DNA of 64,000 bases from Gammaproteobacteria bacterium (GTDB lineage Bacteria > Pseudomonadota > Gammaproteobacteria > Eutrophobiales > Eutrophobiaceae), in contig OZ241347.1 of NCBI GenBank assembly GCA_965200295.1, positions 3,006,093-3,070,092 of the forward strand, in the 5' to 3' direction. Below the pieces are notes generated by a model that was not told where the DNA came from, searched no databases, and saw nothing but the letters and a program-made list of their open reading frames with translations. Below are positions 27,007 to 36,000 of the stretch, one piece after another. The first letter of the stretch is position 1. Each line of letters opens with the position of its first letter. The position numbers and the translations under genes are program-made.

Positions 27007-30000
27007 ATCTCTTTATAGCGTCGACTGGTCAAGCCTTTTGATGTAGTCTTTGCTCCGTCGACGGTAATTTTATCCCATCTCAAAAACTGACTTGCAGCGC
27101 CGGCATAATGCCCGGAATTGAGTTGTCTCAATAGTGTCGAGCTTCGAAAATTTCCCGCACCAATGTTAAGTGTCAGAGATACCAACGCATCAAACTGGTT
27201 CTGTGTCAAAGAAGCTGTGACACCATTTCTAACTGCTGCTTGGGCAACACCAATGTCCTGGCGCAATAATTTTATTGCTTGCTCTCTGGTTATACCGTTC
27301 GCGTAAACTCCGCTCTTTATTTCTGCAGATGTCAATTTATGACCATATCCAATAGTTGGATGTTTTGCTTGATCTGGATATACGATTGCACTAAATCCCT
27401 CTCGTTCCATAATATGTGCAAGTCCACTCTCACTGATCTTTGTTGGAGAATTCCTTATCGACGTTTCCGCATTAAACAACTGCGCCATCGCCGCCGTTAG
27501 CGCCCCGTTAGCAAACTTGCCGCCGGTGATACGGGAGATGGTGCCACCCACCACAGCCGCTATGGTGGTACGACCAATAACCGCCGGGGCGCTGACGTCT
27601 CGATAGGCGAACCGCCCCATCACCGCCTTGGACAAACCCGCCGCTAAGAACCCGTTGCCGAACTGCCCGCCCTGCAACTCGGCCAGAACACCCCCGGCTA
27701 AGCCATGGGTCAACACATGACCGGCGCCGCCCGCAGGTAACCCCGTGAGCGCCGTGAAATGCTCCCCTATCCCATAGAACGCCGCCGCACTGATACCCCC
27801 GAACAAAGCGCCCTTGACCGAGCCGGTGGCAATGCCACCGGTGACAAACCCGAACTGAAAGGCACTCAGCCAGGACTGGAAGACCCAAGCCTGTACGCCT
27901 GGTATCGCCAGCAAGGCAATGCTTAAAAACGGCGCAAAGTCCCCGAACACCTTGTTCAAGCCCTTAAACAGCTTCCCGATAAAATACCCACTCGGGTCGG
28001 CATAGGTCAAGGGATTGTTCAGCACATAGCTGTAGCGGTTCTGACCCTGGGTATAGTGGGGGAACTGAATAACCGAGTCGGCCTGTAAGAACCGGCCGAG
28101 CTTCGGGTCATAAATGCGCCCGTTCATGTGGATTAAACCGTGAGCATCGAGCATCTCATGGCCGGTGTAGCCGCGTGCGGTGAAGCGGGTGTGCAGCGGA
28201 CTGGTCAGGGTGAGCTGGGCCAGTATCTCACTGTTGTCCGGGTCGATGCGCTGGCCCCAGACGTCATAGCGCAGGCGCTGTAAGACAACGCCATCGGAGT
28301 CCACCACACCGACCACGCTGTCGAGGTGGTCTTTGAGATAATAGCGGGTGTCATTGGTCGTGCGGGCGCCGCTCTTGTCGTGTTGCTGGGTGATGAGTAC
28401 TGTCCCCCCGGCCAGCGTGCGCCGGTAGGCGCTGGCGCCGTCGGCGGCGATGACATGCTCTACGGCGCCGAGATAGACCGTGGTCGTGGTACTCGTGCCC
28501 TGACCGGTGCGCACCGTGTCCGTGCGGGTGCTGCGGCTGCGGTCGGGGCCGTAAACAAAGGTGGTGGCGTGTGTGCCCCGGGTGATGCCAGCCACCTTGT
28601 TAAAAGCCGTGTAGGTCAGCGTGCGCCTGGCGCCGCTGAGTTGGTTGCCGTTGGCATCGTAGGTGTAGGTATCCGTGCCGGCCTGTACTACGGCATGTGG
28701 GCCGGGGGTGCTCGCGTCCGTGCTGCCGTAGGTGTACACGCCCACCCCGCTCTTGCGGGTGATGTTGCCCTGAGCGTCGTAGTCCACAGTGCGGGTGATG
28801 CTGGTCCGGCCACCGGCAGTCCAGGCCCGCACCAGACGATTGTGGCGGTCGTAGCTGAGATACTCGCCGAACCGGATAGCGCCCGCCTGCCAGGCGCGCT
28901 GACTTAAGTTGCCGAGCACATCCCAGCCGTAGCTGTCCTTCTGCAAGCGCACACGCATGGCCGTGTGGGCAGTAATCAGACCCACGCGCCCGGTGCTGTC
29001 CGAAATGCTGCGCACCGTACTGACCGCACCGCCGCCTAAGGTCTCCCGGGTAACCTGCCCGCGCGCGTTGCGATGGTTGATGGTGCGATACACGGCGCGT
29101 GGGCGATTGTTCTCCTGCACCCCGTCGGTCCAGCGATACGCATGACCCCACTGGTTGTACTGCACCGCCACCACGTTATCCGTCCAGTCGGCCTGCTGGC
29201 GGGCCGCATCGAAGGTCTGATACGGACGCCCGTAGGCATCAAAAGTCTGGCGGCTGTGGTAGGTCTTCGCCGTAGCGCCGACGCGCACGGTGGTCTCGGT
29301 CATGGCAGGACGCCCCAGCCTGTCATAGCGGTGCGCGCGAACATAGCCGCTACGGGTGTCTGCGACCCGGCTGAGTTGCCCCAGACCATTAGCCGCCGTG
29401 TCATACGTCCAGGTCACCTCGGACTCAATATCCGGCTTGGTATCCGCATCAGCGCCATCCGGCACTGTGTCCCGGCGCGTCAGCGGGCGACCCAGGGCAT
29501 CATAAGTCAGCGCTTGGACATTGCCCACCGCATCGGTCTGTTTGACCAGTTCGTCAAAGCCGTTATACGTGTAGTGGGTCACACCCCGGTTTGGATCTGT
29601 TTCCTTGACACGTCGCCCGCGCAGGTCGTAGGCCCAGGCCACGGTCATGGCAGTATCGCCCGTGCCGGTGGCAGTCGCCACCACCTGCCCCCAGGCGTCG
29701 TAACGGTGCGTGACCGGCGTGCCCGCCGCATCGGTAGTCTTAATCACCTCGCCTAAGGCATTGCGGGTCTCGACGCTGGCCTGATTCTTGCCGTTGACGG
29801 TCTTAGCGCTCATGCCCTGATAAGTCATTGTGAGCCGGCTGTTGTGTCCGGCGCTGTAGTCAGGCAGGGTGGTCTGTGTCACCCGACCCAGCAGGTCGTA
29901 GGTGTGGACCGTGCGATACACCGTACCCCCGACATAGTACGGCTCGCTCTGCCGGGCCACCCGGCCCAAGGCATCATAGTCCGTGTCGGTATGTACCCAC

Positions 30001-33000
30001 TGCCCGCCAAAGCCGCGCCGGGCCGTGCGCACTACCCGATCCAGCATGTCCCGATAGTCCCGGCTGCCCCCGCCGCCGGACAGCCGGGTCTCGGTGTACC
30101 AGGCCGCCTGACCGGGACAGTGAGACACCCCGGCACAGGCCGCCCGCAGCGCGCCGGTGTGAGAACCGTCAGCGGTGTGCGTAAAATACAACCGTCCCCC
30201 GGCCGTGTAGTGGTAGGTGGTCTTGAGACTGGCTGTCACCGCATAGCTGCCGTTAACATCCAACACCTGCTCGGATTGGGTCGGCAGTCCGTGGGCGTTA
30301 TAGGCGCGGGTCCGGCGCAACGGGCGACCCAGGCAGTCTTTTTCCAGTGTCACAAACCGCCCAGCGCTGTCGTACTCTGTTGTGTCGGTGTTGCAACGGG
30401 TGACGCCGGCGGCGGTGACCGCAGCCCGGATGCGGTGGCCGAACTTGTCATAGTCATAGGTGGCGGTGTGTTTGAGGTCGGTCTTATCCGGCTCCCGTAC
30501 CTCAGTCTTGAGCAAGCCTTTGCGGTGACCGCTGGTGTAGTAGCTGAACTCGGCGGTGCGGCTTGCCGTGATCTTGCTGTCGTAGCTGTCGCTGTTGGCC
30601 GTCTCGTTGCGCTTGCGCGTCACCACACTCTTCGTGAGCCGCCCCAACTCTTTCGACTCGGTATCCGTTGCCGCGCCGTACGTGTTGGCGGTCATTTGCC
30701 AGAAGCGTTTAGCATTGGCGTGGTCTTCGGTGGTCGTTGTTATTTCGGTGGGGTTGCCATAGCTGTCCACCACAGTGTCGGTGGTGACCGTGATGAGATC
30801 ATCGCCGGCTTCGGTGGTGGTGACGTTGTTCTTGGTGCTGGTCACGGGCAGGTCATAGGTCGTCTCTACCGCCTGCGCCAGGTACGGTTGCAGGGCGCCT
30901 AAGTCAGTGGTGGGTTGGGCGACATTCCAGCCGGACTGATACCCCTTGAGTCGCCAGGTATTGGCCGCCGTCCGCAGCAGGTGCCCGTCCTCGGTCTTCA
31001 CCTCGGTCTTCAGGGGATAACCGGTGTAGGGGAAGTCCTGGCGATACGTAGTGGTGGTCGCTACCTCCGTTTGCAAGTCCATGGTCGTTAAGGTCTTAAA
31101 GCCCAGCAGCCCCCGACCGCCGGCCTGTATTTTTGCCTGCTCGTACAGGTAACAGACGCTGCTCAAAGCGGCTGCGTTGGCGCTCGTGGGGGCGCTGGAG
31201 TCGACCCGCGTGAGTACGTACAGCGGCGCCATCAACTCCAGCACTGGTGCATTGCCGGCGAGGGCAGACAGGGAGTCGGTCAGTGTGCTGTCCGCCCAGG
31301 GGGTGTTCAGCGCAGTGTAAAAGTCAGACGCATTCAGGCTGGCGGTCTGTGCCTCCCAGCAGAAGTTGGCGCCGCCCCAGGTGAAGCAGCGCTGCCGCTG
31401 TGTGCGGGTGGTGTGCAACCCGTCGATGCGGGCATAAGCGTCGGTGCGGCTCAGGGATTCATAGGTGAGCACGGTCTTGGCGCCCAGGCCGTTGGTGATG
31501 GCGGTAATGAGGTGCGGGCGGGTGGTGGTGTTATGGTGGTAGGTGGCGAGGCTCTCCGTACTGGTACCGGACTCCGGCAGATGCAGCAGGTCGGCGTTGC
31601 CGTCGCCGTTCACATCTGCAGTGAAGTACTGCTCGGCATCCTTGCCGCGGGTGGTGCGCACGCTGACCGCGGCGGCATAAGCGCCGGTTTTGGGTGAGAA
31701 ACGCTGTACGCGCAGAGCCTTGCCCTTCACGTCGTGGTAGAGCGCATCCGGGTAACCATCGCCGTTGTCGTCGTACAAGGACAGCGCCGAGGACGCCTGG
31801 GCGCCGGTCGCGACGTTCGTCAGTTGGGTCGCGTCGGTAAAGCCGGCGCCGGTACTCAGGCGGTAATGCCAGTTGCCGGTCCACTGGTAGTTGTTCCTGG
31901 CCTTCTCGTACCACTTGCCGACAAAGTAGAGGAGATCAGAGAGCCCGTCGCCGTTCAGGTCTGTACTACGGAGCCCTTTCGGACTGAGACCGGTGGCTGC
32001 CAGCGGGAAGCCGGCCGCGGCGCCATAGGGCTTGAACTCGATGCTATTCTCCTCGTCTGTTTGTCGAAACACATGCAGGCGGCGCAGTGCGTGCGTGGAC
32101 TGACCACTGGAGCTTCTTTGCAGATCAAACTGTATGGCGCTGTCATAGCCCCAGGTGATCAGGTCTGCGCGCCCATCCCCGTCCATATCCGCCAGCGCCA
32201 CATCTGCCACCCGTAGCGAGCGCCAGCGTAGCAGCTCCAGGCCGGTCGCGGTCGCAGCCTGGGGCGTAAACTCGATGGGCAGTCGCGTCTCCCCGGTGTA
32301 GGCATAATACCGGCTGGAGTCAGGTTTGGCGGCAGTGTTGCGTTTGAGATAGCGTACTGCCAGCGTGTAACCGGCGGGGCCATAGCGCACCGGCTGCCCC
32401 TGTTGCGGCGCCGGATGCGAAAGCTCAACTAAGCGATAGGCGTCCAGCAACCCGTCCGAGTTCAGGTCGGCATAGCGGTAACGGTCGCCGAACAGCCGGT
32501 CAGACACCGCAGTGCCGGCGCTGAGGCGCCAGCCGCCCGTGGCTTGTGTCCCGGTGGTGGTCTGCGGCACCGCCAGATGCAGCCGGGTCTCCTTATTTTT
32601 GGCGCTGTACACCAGCAGGTCGTGGCGCCCGTCGCCGTTGTAATCCACCACCTCGGTGTGCACGCGCAGGTTCTCGCCGTAATTGGATGTGCCGTAACCA
32701 TCGTCGTATTCCAGAGAGGTGCCCCCGCCTACGAAGACGCCAGATACCAACCGGCCAGTGGTTTTGTCGGCCAGGGCATAACGCAGCCGGTGTTTATCGC
32801 TGCTGGCTTCGGTCCAGACCAGATCGGTGAGCCCGTCGCCGTTGATGTCTGCGGGGTTGAAGTCCACCGGCGACCACTCACTCTCCGTGTTCAGGGTCAG
32901 CGTGGCCGCGGCTGCTTGTTTGAACAGCGGGGTCGGGTCAGACCAGGCAAACGTGGTTTCCGGCTGGCACACCGTCGTCCCTGAACCCACACACGCCTTG

Positions 33001-36000
33001 ACCCCAACCAGACGGGAGAGCGCATGAGTCGTAGCGCTCTGATAGCGCAGGCGGTAATTGCGCACGGCCTTCACGCTGCCGGTCGTGCCCGCCGAATGCA
33101 CCGTGATGGTAGTGAGGCGCTGGGCGCTTTGCAACGGGCGCCCGGCCAGATAGCCGCGGGTGATGTCGCCCCGGGTGAGGTCGTAGCCGAAGGCCACCTT
33201 GGCTCTGGCGGTCTGGGTGGTCTTGCCCGGGTCGCCGTAGGCATAACGAATCTCACGGAGGCGGTGGCCCTTTGCATCCAGTGTGTAGTGGTAGGTGATT
33301 TTGTTACCGACGCTGTCCTTGACCTGTTGCAGCGCCCAGGTCAGCGCTGGGTCGGTGGGGGATGCGTCGGTCAATTTAGCATAGAGCTTGTGCTCACTGG
33401 CGTTGGCGCCGGATGCGCCGTAGGTGGCCACCGAGCCGTCTTTACGGGTCACTTCAAAGTAGTCCGGGTGACCGCCTGTATCGTGCTTGACGGTGACGGT
33501 TGAGAAACTGTCGATCTCGGTCTTGTATTCGGTATTGGCCTCACCGTATTTACGGTTCTTGTTGGCGGCGCTGTCGCTGAGCGTCAGACGCTGCCCATCC
33601 AGGCAAAAGCGGTCGTTGCGGGTGAAGGTAAGCGGTTGGGCGGCGCCGTCCTGGGCCAGGGTCTGGCGGCAGCGGGTAATAGCGGAAAGTCCCTCGATGC
33701 CCCAGCCGATGCCGACCGGGCCGTTGCCGCGCTGGCTGTTGTAGCTGAGCGCCAGGGGTGGGATCACTCCGGCGGTGCCGGGCGGCAGGGGAATCTCAAT
33801 GCGGTAGGTGGCGGCGCCGGACTCGTCGGCCCGGAAGCTGCCGGGCAGGGTTCCGGTACGGTCGATCTTGCTTTTCTCGGTGTCGTTAATGACTGCATTA
33901 GGCTGCGTCCGGGCAGGCGCCGGGGGGCGGGGCACCGACGGCGTGCCGACCGTGACCGTGACAAGGGCGCTCCAGGGGCCACAATATTGCCCGTCACAGG
34001 CGCGCACCCGGTAGCCCCAGGCGCCGTTGGTCAGGGCGCTGAAGGCCTTACTGGTCTGGCTGCCGGTGTCGTGCGTCATCCAGTTTGCGCCGTTGCGTCG
34101 GGCCTGCAACTCGTAGCGGGTCGCCCCGGTGACCGGCTGCCAACTGACGCTGTGGTCGCCAGTGCTGCTGGCCGGGGCGGTCAGCCCGGCCGGGGCGGCC
34201 AGTTGTCGTTGCGGGGTCGCCGTGGCGCGCTCGCTCCAGGGAGAGTTGCCGCGCGCATTGACGGCTTGCACCTGCACTGCGTACTCAAGGCCGTTGGTGA
34301 GATTATCAATGACGGTCTCTGTGGTCTTCGTGGTGTGCGAGTGTGCGCGCCAGTTGGAAGCTGTGGCGAGCCGGTAACGCACGTTGTAGCCGGTCAGGGC
34401 GCTGCCGTTATCAGCCGGGGCGCGCCAGGTGACGGTCAGTTGGTCATCGCCCGGGGTCAGGTTGGGGGCATCAGGCTGCGCTGGCGGGCCGGGGACGGCC
34501 ACAGACAGGGCGGCGCTCCAGTTCCCGCAGGTGACGTTATCCTGGCGGCAGGCGCGCACCCGGTAGCTCCAGGCGCCGGCGGTCTTGCCGGTAATGGGTT
34601 TTGTGACGCCGGTGGTGACGGTGTAGGTGGTATCCCAACTGGCGCCGTCATCGTCGCTCTCTTGCAGCTGGTAGCGGGCGGCGCCAGTGACCGCATCCCA
34701 ACTGACAGTGTAATCCCCGTTCGCGTCCGGGGTAGTGGCCGTGAGGTTGGCCGGCACCTCAAGGCGCGGTACGGTGACCGCAAGAGACTGGCTCCAGCCA
34801 CTGCACACGCTGGCAGATTTACACGCGCGCACCCGGTAGGCCCAGTCGCCGGGGGCCTTGTCGGCGAAGGTCTTGTCCGTGCCGGTGGTGATGGAATAGG
34901 TGGCGCTCCAGGTTGCGCCGTCATCACTGCTTTCTTGCGCCTCATAGTAACTGGCGCCGGTCACGGCATCCCAGCTCAGGGTGTAGCCGCCCTGTGCCGT
35001 AGGGGTGGTGGCGCTGACATTGGCCGGGGCCGGGGTGACGCTGACCGTGACAGTGTAACTGGCGCTCCAGTTACCGCAGCTGGCACTGCGGTGGCGGCAG
35101 GCGCGCACCTGATAAGTCCAGGCGCCACTGGTCTTGCCGGCAAAGACTCTGCGGGTGCTGCTTGAGGTAGAGTAAGTGGCGTCCCAGGTCTTGCCGTCGT
35201 CATCGCTCTCCCGTAGCTGATAGCGTACGGCATGAGTGACAGTATTCCAACTGACCGTGTAGTCGCCGCCCACGGTGGGCGTGGTGCTGACAAGGCCGGG
35301 CGGCGCGCCGAGCCGGGGCACGGAGACGGTGATCGATGCGCTCCAGTCACTGCAGGCCGGGCTGGCGCCGCTGTTGCAGGCGCGCACCTGGTAAGTCCAG
35401 TTGCCGGTCCCCTGACCCGAGAACGCCCGGCGAGTACCGTTGCGCAGGGTATAGTCATCGTCCCAGGTCTTGCCGCCATCATCACTTTCCCGTAGTTCAT
35501 AGCGGGTGGCATGGGTGACGCTGTTCCAACTCACAGTATAGTTGCCCCGGGCATCCGCACGGGCGCCGGTGAGGCCGGTTGGGATCGCAGGTGTAGTCAC
35601 GGGGCGAGACACCACTACCGTGATAGGGCTGCCCATCGGCGCATTATTCAATAGCAACCGGTAGCTGTACTCTCCATCGCTCCGAGCAGTAAAGTCATGC
35701 GAGGTGGCATTGGCGGGAATGCCAGAGAGCGTCACCCAACTGCCCTGCGCGCCCACCCGCTCTTGCAACTCCCGGCAGAGGCGCCCGCCCCCGAAGCCGA
35801 TGCTGAAACACCGGGATAAGGCCCAGCGCACCGTATAGTCACCGTCCGGGCTGGGGTTGGGCGAAGCCACCAGAAGGGCACTCACCGTGACGGTGTGAGT
35901 GCTGCCCCAGTCACCACAGCCACCCGCATTACAGGCCCGGACCTGATAGTTCCAACTGCCGGATGCCACATTATTGAAGGCTTTGGATGTAGCCGTACCG

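Noticed and set aside
28326-35165. Many long ORFs on the plus strand and other minus frames inside the RHS genes, for example 33636..35165 (509 aa), 29844..30902, 22374..23156, and the repeated 193-aa and 227-aa ORFs
   Set aside because: These are shadow ORFs of GC-rich, stop-poor repeat DNA. They recur identically in every RHS copy because the DNA is duplicated. The minus-strand RHS frame carries all the recognisable domain signatures.
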